A stretch of 64,000 nt of DNA from Chloroflexota bacterium (lineage in GTDB: Bacteria > Chloroflexota > Dehalococcoidia > GIF9 > UBA5629), in the NCBI GenBank assembly GCA_016875925.1, contig VGOO01000001.1:2162-66161 (forward strand), in the 5' to 3' direction. The first letter of the stretch is position 1. Each line of letters opens with the position of its first letter. The notes under the pieces were generated by a model. The model did no database searches. It had not been told where the DNA came from and saw only the letters and a program-made list of their open reading frames with translations. The position numbers and the translations under genes were made by a program. Positions 41,819 to 52,241 of the stretch are shown one piece after another.

Positions 41819-43210
41819 TCAGGCAGCGCTTACCTCGACTTCCAAATCTTCAAATTTGGTAATCGAAGAGACGAATCTCAATTTGCGCTCACCAGTAGGG
41901 CCATTCCTATGCTTGGCAATGATAATGTCAGCAATACCACGAGGATAGGGATTAGATTCAATATCATAGTTCTTTCTCCAGTCTTCCTCACGGATATACA
42001 TCTCATCTCGAGAGATAAAGATAACCACATCAGCATCTTGTTCAATGCTGCCACTGTCTCTTAGGTCAGATAACATAGGCTTGTGCGACATACGTTGTTC
42101 TACAGCGCGGCTCAACTGTGATAGTGCGATTACTGGCGCATTTATCTCGCGGGACAGCGCTTTCAAAGAACGTGTAATCTCGCTTAGCTCCTGAACCCGG
42201 TTATCCCTTCTCGACTCATCACGAATCAACTGAATATAGTCAACAACAATCAGATCAATAGGATGTTCAAAATGAAGTCGCTTTGCCTTGCCATGCATCT
42301 CCGCCATTCTCAATTGAGGTGAATCATCAATAAAAATACGTGCGTCAGCGAGTGCACCGCTAGCATCCATTACTTTTCTCTCTTCCGGTTCTGCATACTG
42401 GCCCAAACGGAGCTTGCCACAATCCACGCCGGATTCGCTAGCCAACAAGCGTCTCGCTATATCCTGCCGAGACATCTCCAAGCTAAATATAGCCACACAT
42501 GCTTTCTGATTTATAGCCGCGTTCCTGGCAATATTAAGGGCAAGGCTGGTTTTGCCTGAACTAGGTCTTGCACCGAGAATAATTAAGTCAGAGCGCTGTA
42601 AGCCTCCCAACAAATCATCTATTGCCGCAAAATTGGTGAGTATATGTGGTATCCTCTGCTCTTCCCTAGCAGGCAGCCCCGTGTCCTCAAAATATTCACC
42701 CAACACTTCTTTGAGAGAGACAAAGTAGCGCGGGCTTTGCTTGCGTAGAACTGCAAACAGAACGTCCTCTGCCCTAATTATCGCGTCATCAACATCAGAA
42801 TCAGCTCTATAGCCTATGGCCGCAATCTCCCCGGCAGCTTTTATCAACTGGCGCATCACATCGAGTCTCGATACGATGCGAGCATAGTATTCGATGTGCA
42901 AAGAAGTAGGTACAGAGGCGACCAGATGGCTCAGGTAGGCAGCTCCGCCAACATCCTCTAACTTATTCTGCTGCGCTAACTCACGGGCCACCGTTATCTG
43001 GTTTATCGCCTCAGGACGTTGGTACAACTTGAGGCAAACATCGTAGACCCACCGATGCTCCGGAATAAAAAAGGCCTCAGGTTTCAGAGAAGATGCGACT
43101 TTGAATATGGCATCACCGTCAACAAGGAGCGAACCTAGTACAGCCTTCTCCGCATCAACATCATGAGGCGGCAAGTTATCGCTATTCATTCTCGGTCCCT
43201 TCTTCGACAA
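41819..43210 (-). CDS. dnaB: Replicative DNA helicase DnaB
   Basis: [38 protein letters not shown] and ALSQLSR. Start may be the ATG at 43189. Confidence 0.96.
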   Translation of the reverse strand: MSKKGPRMNSDNLPPHDVDAEKAVLGSLLVDGDAIFKVASSLKPEAFFIPEHRWVYDVCLKLYQRPEAINQITVARELAQQNKLEDVGGAAYLSHLVASVPTSLHIEYYARIVSRLDVMRQLIKAAGEIAAIGYRADSDVDDAIIRAEDVLFAVLRKQSPRYFVSLKEVLGEYFEDTGLPAREEQRIPHILTNFAAIDDLLGGLQRSDLIILGARPSSGKTSLALNIARNAAINQKACVAIFSLEMSRQDIARRLLASESGVDCGKLRLGQYAEPEERKVMDASGALADARIFIDDSPQLRMAEMHGKAKRLHFEHPIDLIVVDYIQLIRDESRRDNRVQELSEITRSLKALSREINAPVIALSQLSRAVEQRMSHKPMLSDLRDSGSIEQDADVVIFISRDEMYIREEDWRKNYDIESNPYPRGIADIIIAKHRNGPTGERKLRFVSSITKFEDLEVEVSAA

Positions 43211-43640
43211 TCACCTTGACCCTTGCTTCCAAGCCAGGCGCCAAACTAACAGTCACTTCGTGGCTGCCCAACTCATGTAACGGTTGGCCTAGATTGACCT
43301 TTTTTCTGTCTATTTCGAAATCCACAAGCTTAGAGAGTTGAGCCGCAATAATAGCACTGGTGATAGAGCCATGTAGACGCCCTTTAGCACCCGCCCGAGC
43401 CTTGAAATGCAATTCCCCCCCATCCAAACGCTGAATCACTTCGCGCAAGGCCTCTTGCTCACGTACATGACGCTCCGCCCTCTCTTGAGACGCTGTTTGG
43501 GCCGCTTTAATGGCTGGTGGCGATGCCGGCAACGCCAACCCCCGAGGAAATAAAAAATTACGGGCATAGCCATCTGCCACCTCTCGTATCTCACCACGCT
43601 TACCCTTTGAGGAAACATCTTCTAAAAAAACAACCTTCAT
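43182..43640 (-). CDS. rplI: 50S ribosomal protein L9
   Basis: MKVVFLEDV...[24 protein letters not shown]. The rplI-dnaB arrangement is conserved. Confidence 0.95.
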   Translation of the reverse strand: MKVVFLEDVSSKGKRGEIREVADGYARNFLFPRGLALPASPPAIKAAQTASQERAERHVREQEALREVIQRLDGGELHFKARAGAKGRLHGSITSAIIAAQLSKLVDFEIDRKKVNLGQPLHELGSHEVTVSLAPGLEARVKVIVEEGTENE

Positions 43641-43748
43641 GTTATCTTCTCCAAAAATGATTGCTTAAAACATGGAAATGGGAACACATCCGTCACTCTA
43701 TTTTACAACCTCGGCTCATCAGATTTCTAACCACTCTCACCCTGAAAA

Positions 43749-44945
43749 TCAGCCTCTACCTATCAAGCCAGCAAACTCGGCTTTCACTTTAGCCAGAATC
43801 CTTGGTTCACTCATAAGATCAACAACCGTCATAGCCAGAGCTTTGGCTGCATCCAATACACCCTCACTAGCAGTCTCAGAAGCCGCAGCACGAGCAAACT
43901 CGTCTGAATGTAATAAAGTGCCTGGAGACGCAATGGCGATGGTAGGATGAATAGCGGGTACTACTTGACTGACATTGCCCATATCAGTGCTACCAAGACT
44001 ATTAGGAGCATCCAGTGGTTCCACCTTGCGCCCCAATACCTCCAGATTATTGGCAAAAATCTTAGCCAGTGTCCTATTGCTCTTCAATGGCTCATAGAGC
44101 ACATCACCCCATCTGCATGCTAGTCGTGCTCCAGTTGCCAATGCAGCCCCCTCTAAACAACCCAACACTCGCCGTTTTAACTCTTCGAGGTACGCATTAT
44201 CAGGAGCACGAACCAGTAACTTAGCAGCAGTGTAAGCTGGTACTACATTAGCAGCATGGCCGCCGTGCGTGATTATCCCGTGAATCCGAGCCTTCTCCTT
44301 AATATGCTGCCTCAGCGAGTTTATAGCATTGAAAGCCAAAATCATCGCCTCCAGAGCATTTACCCCCTGGTCAGGATACGCAGCAGCATGCGCCGCCTTG
44401 CCAAAGAACTCTATATCTAAATTGACACAAGCAAGTGCTTCACCAGTAGCCCTGTTTCGCACGCCAGGATGCACCATCAAAGCTACATCAACTCCTTCAA
44501 ATACACCAGCTCGCAACAAACCAACCTTGCCACCATGAAGCTCCTCCGCCGGAGTTCCAAAGACAATGACAGTACCGCCACAGTTGTCAACAACAACTCT
44601 GCTCGCCACGCCAGCTCCTACAGCGGCAGCAGCGATCACGTTATGTCCACAAGCATGGCCTACACCGGGAAGAGCATCATACTCTGCAAGCAAGGCAACG
44701 TAAGGTCCCCCCTCGCCATAAAATGCCTTAAAAGCAGTGGCAAACCCACCAATCCCTACCTCTACCACAAAGCCGTTGTTCCCAAGATAGTCGGTCAACC
44801 ATCCAATAGCCTTAACTTCTTCAAAGCCAAGCTCAGGATTAGCATGAATGCGAAGACTTAGCTCAACAAGCTCACCACGCTGCCTGTCCACCTGTTGACA
44901 AATTTTAGCCTTCAGATCAGCTTTCGACAATGTTTTCTTAGACAT
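43749..44945 (-). CDS. M20-family amidohydrolase/peptidase (M20D-like)
   Basis: IHANPELGFEE, ALLAEYDALPGVGHACGHN and GTPAEE metal-ligand motifs. Start at the ATG at 44945 (MSKKTL...). Confidence 0.85.
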   Translation of the reverse strand: MSKKTLSKADLKAKICQQVDRQRGELVELSLRIHANPELGFEEVKAIGWLTDYLGNNGFVVEVGIGGFATAFKAFYGEGGPYVALLAEYDALPGVGHACGHNVIAAAAVGAGVASRVVVDNCGGTVIVFGTPAEELHGGKVGLLRAGVFEGVDVALMVHPGVRNRATGEALACVNLDIEFFGKAAHAAAYPDQGVNALEAMILAFNAINSLRQHIKEKARIHGIITHGGHAANVVPAYTAAKLLVRAPDNAYLEELKRRVLGCLEGAALATGARLACRWGDVLYEPLKSNRTLAKIFANNLEVLGRKVEPLDAPNSLGSTDMGNVSQVVPAIHPTIAIASPGTLLHSDEFARAAASETASEGVLDAAKALAMTVVDLMSEPRILAKVKAEFAGLIGRG

Positions 44946-45048
44946 ATGGGATAAAGCCCTCGGCAGACTGCAATTATACTCTAACCACACCCCACGTTCT
45001 ACAACCCCCAGAAACCTAAAGCACCACAGTCAGCAAAAATTGTACAGC

Positions 45049-45078
45049 TTGACTTTCAAAAATACCGCAACTTATAAT
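45049..45078 (+). promoter_or_regulatory. Near-consensus sigma-70 promoter of the yceD-rpmF operon
   Basis: TTGACT-N18-TATAAT. It lies inside the ORF-track N-terminal extension, which argues for the downstream GTG start of yceD. Confidence 0.6.
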
Positions 45079-45108
45079 GACTCAACTTCACAGAAGGCTT
45101 TCAATAAA

Positions 45109-45582
45109 GTGCGAATAAACGTTGCGCAACTACTCAGAGCACCTATCGGGTCAAGTAGTAGCTACCAAGTCGATGACGCTGTTGGCAAAGAAGGAGCCAG
45201 ACACGTAAAGGGTGAGATAACACTCAGTCGTACTGGGCGCGGTATCATGGTCAAGGCAACAATAACAGCCTACACAACAGATATTTGCAGTCGCTGCCTT
45301 AATCCCGCAGATTACGCACTCAAGTTTGACGTAGCGGAAGAATTTCTCCCCCGTGATGCTGTTTCAGCCGGCATGTTCCGACAAGAAAATCTCGACACCT
45401 CGACTATCATCGACGAAGATAACGTGCTAGATTTAAGTGAAGTCATTCGCCAATACACATTATTAGCCACACCCACCAAGCCGCTCTGTAAACCAGAGTG
45501 CGCCGGGCTCTGTCCTGCCTGTGGCCACGAGCTAAACAATGAACCGTGCGAATGTCCATCCCAGATTAGTGTCAACCGATAG
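45109..45582 (+). CDS. yceD: YceD-family (DUF177) protein
   Basis: The C-terminal C.P.C.GLCP.CG..LN...C.C motif and its position directly upstream of rpmF are family hallmarks. GTG start at 45109 chosen because of the promoter position. Confidence 0.8.
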   Translation: MRINVAQLLRAPIGSSSSYQVDDAVGKEGARHVKGEITLSRTGRGIMVKATITAYTTDICSRCLNPADYALKFDVAEEFLPRDAVSAGMFRQENLDTSTIIDEDNVLDLSEVIRQYTLLATPTKPLCKPECAGLCPACGHELNNEPCECPSQISVNR

Positions 45583-45620
45583 CGAAAACAAGTACATCTC
45601 GGAAAGGAGAATAGTTTTTA

Positions 45621-45821
45621 ATGGCACCGCTCCCCAAAAAAAAATATCCTAAGGCCAGACAAGGCAAAAGACGTAGCCACCTAGGGGTCAAAGTACCTGC
45701 ACTTGCGAATTGCCCACAGTGCCACAATCCCAAACTACCTCATCGTGTATGTCCCACCTGTGGGAGTTACAATGGACGTGAAGTGATTGAGATAGCTACT
45801 CCCAAGAAAAGCCAGTCTTAA
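45621..45821 (+). CDS. rpmF: 50S ribosomal protein L32
   Basis: MAPLPKKKYPKARQGKRRSH...CP.C......HRVCP.CG.Y. Confidence 0.95.
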   Translation: MAPLPKKKYPKARQGKRRSHLGVKVPALANCPQCHNPKLPHRVCPTCGSYNGREVIEIATPKKSQS

Positions 45822-45916
45822 ATACCCAAGAAAAAAGCGCTGTTATCAGCAGGCAAATTTAGCAGACACAGAGAAATTGTTGAGATATCTACAAAACTTG
45901 GGTTAGAGGAGGAAAC

Positions 45917-46861
45917 ATGGTTGAAGAAATAAAGGCCGCTTATGTTTTCCCGGGACAAGATTCGCTAACAGTAGGTATGGGCTTGGACCTCTACGTCCAT
46001 TATTCTTCGGCCCGTGAAGTATTTGATGAAGTCGATAAGACTCTAGGCTTCTCGCTATCCCGTCTCTGTTTCGAGGGCCCTGAGGAAGATTTAAGACAGA
46101 CCGCGAACGCTCAGCCTGCAGTAGTAACGACTAGCGTCGCATGCCTTAAGGCGGCCCAAGAAGCCAGCCAGAACGGCCTACCAACTCCCATGTTTGTGGC
46201 TGGCCACGGAGTAGGCGCCTACTCCGCTTTGGTAGCCGCCGAAGTTCTGGGTCTATCTGACGCAGTTCGCCTCGTCCGCGAGAGGGGACGGCTGATGAAC
46301 GAGGCCGGACAGAGAACTCCTGGTGGTATGCTGTCCATGAGTGGGCTGAACGTAGAGACGGTAAGAGATATCTGCCTATCCACTGGTTCAGAGATAGCTT
46401 ACATAGATGCCGCAGACCAGGTCACTATTAGCGGCACACAGGACAGCCTCACGAAGGCAAGAAGACTGGCCCAAATAAAAGGTGCCCGACGCATACTGCC
46501 ACTGAAAGTCACTGGTCCTTTCTATTCTTCGCTGATGGAGCCATCATTGGGGAGATTAAGAAACGCCATTTCGGGATTCACCTTCAACAAGCCAACAGTG
46601 CCTGTCATGGCTAACGTCACAGCACAAGCACTCACAGACCTAGAGGCAATCAAGGAGGAGTTGGTTAGCCAGGTAGTACACACTATCATGTGGCTTCAAA
46701 CCGTCGAAAACATGATTGCCAGAGGCGTTACCACCTTTTTCGAGATGGGCCCTGGAGAGGAACTTTCCAAGGTGATTAAGAGAATCAGCCCGGGAGCCCA
46801 AACATTCAATATCAGCACAGCGCAAACCGTTACTGAAATAACAAGGTGGCGCAAAGGCTAA
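45917..46861 (+). CDS. FabD-like (malonyl-CoA:ACP transacylase fold) protein lacking the catalytic Ser and His
   Basis: Full-length similarity to FabD (FPGQ.S.TVGM, AGH..G.YSALV, DAVRLV..RG..M, FEMGPG), but GHSLG reads GHGVG and PSH reads PFY. Strong SD GAGGAGG upstream. Confidence 0.8.
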   Translation: MVEEIKAAYVFPGQDSLTVGMGLDLYVHYSSAREVFDEVDKTLGFSLSRLCFEGPEEDLRQTANAQPAVVTTSVACLKAAQEASQNGLPTPMFVAGHGVGAYSALVAAEVLGLSDAVRLVRERGRLMNEAGQRTPGGMLSMSGLNVETVRDICLSTGSEIAYIDAADQVTISGTQDSLTKARRLAQIKGARRILPLKVTGPFYSSLMEPSLGRLRNAISGFTFNKPTVPVMANVTAQALTDLEAIKEELVSQVVHTIMWLQTVENMIARGVTTFFEMGPGEELSKVIKRISPGAQTFNISTAQTVTEITRWRKG

Positions 46862-47097
46862 CTATCACGTAGCAAAATAACTAACCACGCTTGTTGCAGA
46901 GCACCACTTAGCATCACGTCGCTTTATAATGACCTGACCCGTTAGCGCCACTCCCTAACCGGGGCTCACAGTCTTCTAAACCACCGTTCCCATGGCAGGA
47001 AATAGTTCCCGCCAAATCATGGCAGCGCTATAATATCGCCAGGACAGATTAAATCAAGTATCCGGACGCCTATAGACAAATTAGCCAGAAAGCAAAC

Positions 47098-47577
47098 ATG
47101 GGAAGCACAGGACTAAGGCGAAAGGCCAGGGTTGTGGCCCTGCAAACACTGTATGAAGCAGATTGCTCCATGCACGCTCCCGAAGCAATCCTGAACCGCT
47201 TGCTTGTAGAGAAAAACCTGCCAAGCGAAGCATCTGACTTTAGCAAGAGACTGGTCTCTGGAGTCCTTCAAAATAAGCAGGAGGTAGATTCCATCATCCA
47301 GTACTTTGCCCCTGCCTTTCCATTAGAACAAATTGCAGTCATCGACAGGAACATCCTGCGCCTTGCCATTTTCGAAATTTTATTCGATAATAATGCTCCG
47401 GTTAAGGTAGCTATCAACGAAGCAGTGGAGTTGGCAAAGAATTACGGCGGAGATGCCTCCTCCAAGTTGGTGAATGGAGTACTAGGCGCAATAGTAGCGA
47501 ACCACACAAAACATGAAAGACTCCGACAGGAAGACAAGAGATATAACATAAAAGGGACTTCACAAGCTAAGGATTAG
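47098..47577 (+). CDS. nusB: Transcription antitermination factor NusB
   Basis: [14 protein letters not shown]..., [21 protein letters not shown] and [11 protein letters not shown]......FVNGVL. Confidence 0.93.
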   Translation: MGSTGLRRKARVVALQTLYEADCSMHAPEAILNRLLVEKNLPSEASDFSKRLVSGVLQNKQEVDSIIQYFAPAFPLEQIAVIDRNILRLAIFEILFDNNAPVKVAINEAVELAKNYGGDASSKLVNGVLGAIVANHTKHERLRQEDKRYNIKGTSQAKD

Positions 47578-47838
47578 ATGATGGCAACCATTCTGCAACG
47601 TCTTAAAAAGGTCATCTCCGAACAACTCGGGGTAGACGAAGACCCCATTGAGCCATCAGCCTCTTTTGTTGAGGACCTCAACGTCGACCCTGAGGACCTG
47701 GCTGAGCTTATCACAGCAGTAGAAGAACAATTCAGCACACGTGACAGAAAATTAGAGATAGCCGATGAAGACATCGAGGAAATCGTTACCGTGCAGGACC
47801 TTATCGATTGCCTTCATGATTATGGCATAGAAGACTAG
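47578..47838 (+). CDS. Acyl-carrier-protein-like protein lacking the phosphopantetheine-attachment serine
   Basis: 86 aa. Ungapped match to the ACP core (ASFVEDL..D..D..EL..A.EE.F), but the DSL serine is proline: DPE. Confidence 0.8.
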   Translation: MMATILQRLKKVISEQLGVDEDPIEPSASFVEDLNVDPEDLAELITAVEEQFSTRDRKLEIADEDIEEIVTVQDLIDCLHDYGIED

Positions 47839-50800
47839 CCACCCGCTGCAATTTCCCCCTTGTCAGACCTGACCGATTCCATAGCCATCTTATTAAGAAC
47901 GCATTTCAGCGCTTCTTGCCACCCATTACCCATGCACTCAATATCCAGCCTTATCTGACGACTTCTCGCTTTAATTCCATCACCGCAGGCATCAAAGGAT
48001 AGTCTCTTGTCCAATGCTTTTGTTGCAGCGAGATACAACACAATGTTCTTGCCCTCTGTCACAACAGACTCTATTCCCACGCCTGCAGCTAAGAGTCGAA
48101 TTTCGACTATATAAAGCAAATCTCTCAAGTGTTGGGGTATCTTACCAAACCTATCACGCATCTCCCTGATTATTTCCCACACTTGCTCTACTGTCCTAAC
48201 AGCAACCAATCGCTGGTAGAAGGAGATTCTGATACTAGGTAAAGAGATATAATCCTCAGGGATATAGGCAGCTAGAGGTAGATTCGCAACTGGCATTGCT
48301 GGCAGGGCAACTCTTCTTTCCGCCAGGACACCGCGTTCTTGTCGCAATGTTTCCACCGCTTCAGCAAGCAGCCGACAATAGAGATCAAAACCAACAGTTG
48401 CGATATGACCACTCTGTTCTACCCCCAGCAGATTCCCAGCACCACGTATCTCAAGATCCCGCATTGCAATTCCGAATCCAGCACCCAGCTCCGCAGCCTC
48501 AGATATGGTTCTCAACCGTTTCCGAGCCTCAAGAGTCAATTGCTTACCTCTATCAAACAAGAAATAGGCATGCGCATGGTTACTGCCACGCCCTACGCGT
48601 CCACGCAGTTGATAGAGCTGGGCCAAGCCGAGTTTATCTGCCTGGTCAACAACCAACGTGTTCACATTAGGCATATCTAACCCCGATTCGATAATCGTCG
48701 TAGTAACCAAGACATCGTTCCGGCGGCTACTGAATTCCGCCATCACTTCAGCCAACTTTTTTTCATCCATTTGCCCGTGTGCTACTGATACCCCTGCTTC
48801 AGGCACCAAGATTTTCAGTTTATTAGCAACCGCAGCGATGCTCTGGACTCGGTTGTGAACATAAAAGACCTGGCCACTGCGTTCCAACTCTCTCAAAATC
48901 GCCCCGCGAACCAGCTTGTCATCGTAAACACCAACATGAGTTTTGATTGGCAGTCTCTCCTCCGGCGGTGTCTCAATGGTACTCATGTCCCGAATCCCAG
49001 CTAAAGACATATGAAGAGTTCTTGGGATAGGTGTCGCACTTAAAGTTAGAACATCTACCTCCTGTCTCAATTTCCTAAAATGCTCTTTGTGTACCACACC
49101 AAAACGTTGCTCCTCATCTATTATCACCAGGCCAAGATCCTTGAACCTGACATCCTTCTGTAATAGACGATGAGTGCCAATACAAATATCGATCATTCCT
49201 ACAGCCAGGCCAGCGATTATATCTGCTTGCTCTTTTTCGGTGCAAAAGCGACTCAGCATCGCCAGACGCACCGGAAAGGCTTGAAGCCTTTCACCAAATG
49301 TGAAGAGATGCTGCTGCGCCAGCACCGTAGTCGGCACGAGAAAAGCCACCTGCTTGCCATCCATTATTGCTTTGAAGGCAGCGCGAAGCGCCACTTCAGT
49401 TTTACCATAACCCACATCGCCACATATCAGTCTGTCCATGGGCCTTGGCTTCTCCATGTCAGCCTTCACAGCTTGCACAGCTTCCAGTTGGTCAGAAGTC
49501 TCCACATATGGAAAGGAGGATTCCAGCTCTTGCTGCCACAGGTTATCGGCAGAAAAACCGAAGCCCTCTGTCACCTCTCTTCTGGCATAAAGATTTAGAA
49601 GCTCCTCAGCCATATTTGCTGCTGCTTCCTTAACTCGCTGCTTTGCACGTGCCCATTCCTGGGTTCCTAAACGGCTCAGCGCAGGTACCCGGTCATCAGC
49701 ACCCACATACCGGCCGACACGGTCGACCTGCTCCGTGGGTACATACAGCTTATCGCCAAGAGCATATTCCAGAACAAGATATTCCCTCTCCACACCCTCC
49801 GTAGGCATTCTAGTCAATCCCAAGAATTGGGCAATACCATGCTCAACATGAACAACGTAATCACCGGGCAGCAAATCAGAAATAAACCTGTGATAGCGGA
49901 CCGGCCTCTTGCGAGGCAAGCGTCTCTCCTTCACCAAGCCGAAAATTTCTTTATCGGTAAGCAAGGTTAAACTATCCTTGATAGACCAGCCCTCAGCCAT
50001 TGACCCTTGAACAATTGTCACGGATTTCTGAGAAGGGATACGCTCTATAGAAGATACGTGTTGAACTAAAACATCCTCGTCCTGAAGCAGCTCGGCAAGC
50101 CGCTTTGCCTGCTGGCTGACTATGACAACTCGACGATTCTCATTTAGCATCACCCTTAGACCAGCCATAAAATTGTCTAGCCTGCCCCCATAGCCGGGCG
50201 CAGGTTTTAGAGGCAGAGATGCATAGCTTGTATCTCCAGACCCTTGGACATCCCATGAGCACAGCATTAGACGTCGCTCAAATCTCCGAAGCCCGGTCTC
50301 GAAATCAGCCAAGATAGAGGAGCAGACCAGACAAGAGCCACCCTGCTCCCGATGGAATTCCTCTAGCTCACTTTCCAGCTTGGTAATAACAGCCCGCATC
50401 TCATCAAGATCATCTGTGACTAAAAGAGAATTCCCAGGCAAATAACCAAGGATGGTGCTGGTGCTCTGCCATATGCCCATCTCACAAACCGGCACTATAG
50501 TTACCGATGCTACCAATGCTGACGAGCGTTGCGTCTGCGGGTCAAACAGCCTGATGCTTTCTATCTGATTCCCCGAAAACTCAATCCTGGCAGGCAAGTC
50601 ATTGTTCGGAGAAAAAATATCGACTATGCCACCGCGTCGGCCCATTGTCCCAGGCACTTCAACTATGTTTTCCAACTCATAGCCCATATCCTGCCAGCGC
50701 CTTATTAGCTGCGCCGGCTCAAGAGCCATTCTCACCTTGAGGTCGTGAGAGGCTGCAACAAAGCCAGCTCTAGGCAACGTCTTGCTGACTGCTGCTAAGG

Positions 50801-51224
50801 CCGAACAAACCACCAACGGAGGCCGGTCATCACCAAAAGAACCCACTTGTGAAAGAGCAGAAAGTGCCTGCAACCTTTCGGAGGTGACAACAGGGTCATC
50901 GGTCACACTATCTTCAGCCAAGAACTCAGTTTCGGGGAAAAAATGCAGCGGCAATTGACTGGGGCACCAGGCCTGTAGCTGTTCAAAAAGTCTCCTTGCC
51001 TCCTCAGACTGTGCAGTAACCACCAGAAGCGGCAAGCCAAGCTCCTGATAAAGAGCAGCTAGCACATAAGGACGCGCTGGGTCAGGCACCAGCAGCCTAC
51101 TCCCGCCAGCCCTCCTTTCGAGCAACATGGCCTTCAGTCGATTGAATTCAGGCAACCCTCTTACCAAAGAAGTTAAACAAGAAAGGTCCATCGCAAACAC
51201 CCACAGGGCTAGCCACAACCCCAT
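47835..51224 (-). CDS. mfd: Transcription-repair coupling factor Mfd
   Basis: 1129 aa. [27 protein letters not shown], the CarD-like domain GDYVVH..HGI and a TRCF C-terminal domain. An alternative ATG start lies at 51191. Confidence 0.95.
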   Translation of the reverse strand: MGLWLALWVFAMDLSCLTSLVRGLPEFNRLKAMLLERRAGGSRLLVPDPARPYVLAALYQELGLPLLVVTAQSEEARRLFEQLQAWCPSQLPLHFFPETEFLAEDSVTDDPVVTSERLQALSALSQVGSFGDDRPPLVVCSALAAVSKTLPRAGFVAASHDLKVRMALEPAQLIRRWQDMGYELENIVEVPGTMGRRGGIVDIFSPNNDLPARIEFSGNQIESIRLFDPQTQRSSALVASVTIVPVCEMGIWQSTSTILGYLPGNSLLVTDDLDEMRAVITKLESELEEFHREQGGSCLVCSSILADFETGLRRFERRLMLCSWDVQGSGDTSYASLPLKPAPGYGGRLDNFMAGLRVMLNENRRVVIVSQQAKRLAELLQDEDVLVQHVSSIERIPSQKSVTIVQGSMAEGWSIKDSLTLLTDKEIFGLVKERRLPRKRPVRYHRFISDLLPGDYVVHVEHGIAQFLGLTRMPTEGVEREYLVLEYALGDKLYVPTEQVDRVGRYVGADDRVPALSRLGTQEWARAKQRVKEAAANMAEELLNLYARREVTEGFGFSADNLWQQELESSFPYVETSDQLEAVQAVKADMEKPRPMDRLICGDVGYGKTEVALRAAFKAIMDGKQVAFLVPTTVLAQQHLFTFGERLQAFPVRLAMLSRFCTEKEQADIIAGLAVGMIDICIGTHRLLQKDVRFKDLGLVIIDEEQRFGVVHKEHFRKLRQEVDVLTLSATPIPRTLHMSLAGIRDMSTIETPPEERLPIKTHVGVYDDKLVRGAILRELERSGQVFYVHNRVQSIAAVANKLKILVPEAGVSVAHGQMDEKKLAEVMAEFSSRRNDVLVTTTIIESGLDMPNVNTLVVDQADKLGLAQLYQLRGRVGRGSNHAHAYFLFDRGKQLTLEARKRLRTISEAAELGAGFGIAMRDLEIRGAGNLLGVEQSGHIATVGFDLYCRLLAEAVETLRQERGVLAERRVALPAMPVANLPLAAYIPEDYISLPSIRISFYQRLVAVRTVEQVWEIIREMRDRFGKIPQHLRDLLYIVEIRLLAAGVGIESVVTEGKNIVLYLAATKALDKRLSFDACGDGIKARSRQIRLDIECMGNGWQEALKCVLNKMAMESVRSDKGEIAAGG

Positions 51225-51345
51225 AATGGGGCAAGCCTAGCCCGTACCGAATTTTAGCACGGCAAGAACCACCCAACCAATTTAATTTTAAATACAGTGG
51301 CCAACTGAGAAAGGAATAACATCTGGAAAAGCTCTCTATCCCCTA

Positions 51346-51374
51346 TTTGTATTTCATGCCATCTCTGGTAGAAT
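51346..51374 (+). promoter_or_regulatory. Candidate promoter of nadC
   Basis: TTTGTA-N17-TAGAAT, with TG two nt upstream of the -10. The nadC ATG is only 9 nt downstream of the -10. Confidence 0.4.
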
Positions 51375-51383
51375 CAAAGCAAG

Positions 51384-52241
51384 ATGATGGAACCACTGGA
51401 CAGCCAAACCAAAGAACTTATCGAACGAGCGCTGGCCGAAGACCTGGGAAAAGGAGATGTAACTACTGAGACACTGGTATCAAGTGACCAGCGAGGCAAA
51501 GCCATTCTGTTAGCCAAGGCAAAAGGAGTAGTCGCTGGGACTGAAATCGCTAGACATGTCTTCCTCGAGGTCGACCCCGAACTGAAAGTGGAAACCCTGA
51601 CAGCCGATGGCATCCCTGTGACACCAGGCAACGTAATAGCAACCATAGAGGGCAGAGTTGCGAGCATACTGAAAGCAGAACGCGTAGCCCTGAATTTCCT
51701 CCAACATTTAAGCGGCATTGCTTCAGAAACGGCTCGTTATGTGGAAGCAGTCAAAGGACTCCGAGTTAGAATTACCGACACCAGAAAGACCCTGCCTGAA
51801 TTGAGAAGACTGCAGAAATATGCAGTATGGATTGGTGGCGGAAAGAATCACCGCATGCACCTGGGAGATGGTTTCCTAATCAAGGACAACCACCTGATGG
51901 CACTCCGCCATCAGGGGCTGAGTATGAAAGAAATCATCAGCAAAGCCCGCCAGAAAGGCACCAACAAGCTAATAATAGAAATCGAAGTCAAAAATCTACA
52001 AGAGGCTGCAGAAGCTGCTGAAGCCGGCGCAGATATCATTATGCTGGACAACATGAGCCTGGAGGATATGCGCCAGGCGGTAAAACTCATCGGGGGCCGT
52101 GCATTGGTCGAAGCCTCAGGCGGGATAACCATAGAAAGAGTCAAAGCAGTAGCCGAAACCGGTGTCAACCTCATCTCGGTAGGAGCCTTGACCCACTCCG
52201 CTAAAGCACTAGATATCAGCCTGGAACTTGAGATAGCCTAG
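51384..52241 (+). CDS. nadC: Nicotinate-nucleotide pyrophosphorylase (carboxylating)
   Basis: AL.EDLG.GDVTT, ERVALNFLQ..SGIA, TRKT.P..R and IMLDNM. Confidence 0.93.
   Translation: MMEPLDSQTKELIERALAEDLGKGDVTTETLVSSDQRGKAILLAKAKGVVAGTEIARHVFLEVDPELKVETLTADGIPVTPGNVIATIEGRVASILKAERVALNFLQHLSGIASETARYVEAVKGLRVRITDTRKTLPELRRLQKYAVWIGGGKNHRMHLGDGFLIKDNHLMALRHQGLSMKEIISKARQKGTNKLIIEIEVKNLQEAAEAAEAGADIIMLDNMSLEDMRQAVKLIGGRALVEASGGITIERVKAVAETGVNLISVGALTHSAKALDISLELEIA

Noticed and set aside
39740-43210. The dnaB/DnaD-like/DnaC-like/HNH cluster as a prophage replication module.
   Set aside because: It is preceded by the conserved chromosomal rplI-dnaB pair. It is flanked by housekeeping genes with the same composition, and there are no integrase, terminase or structural genes.
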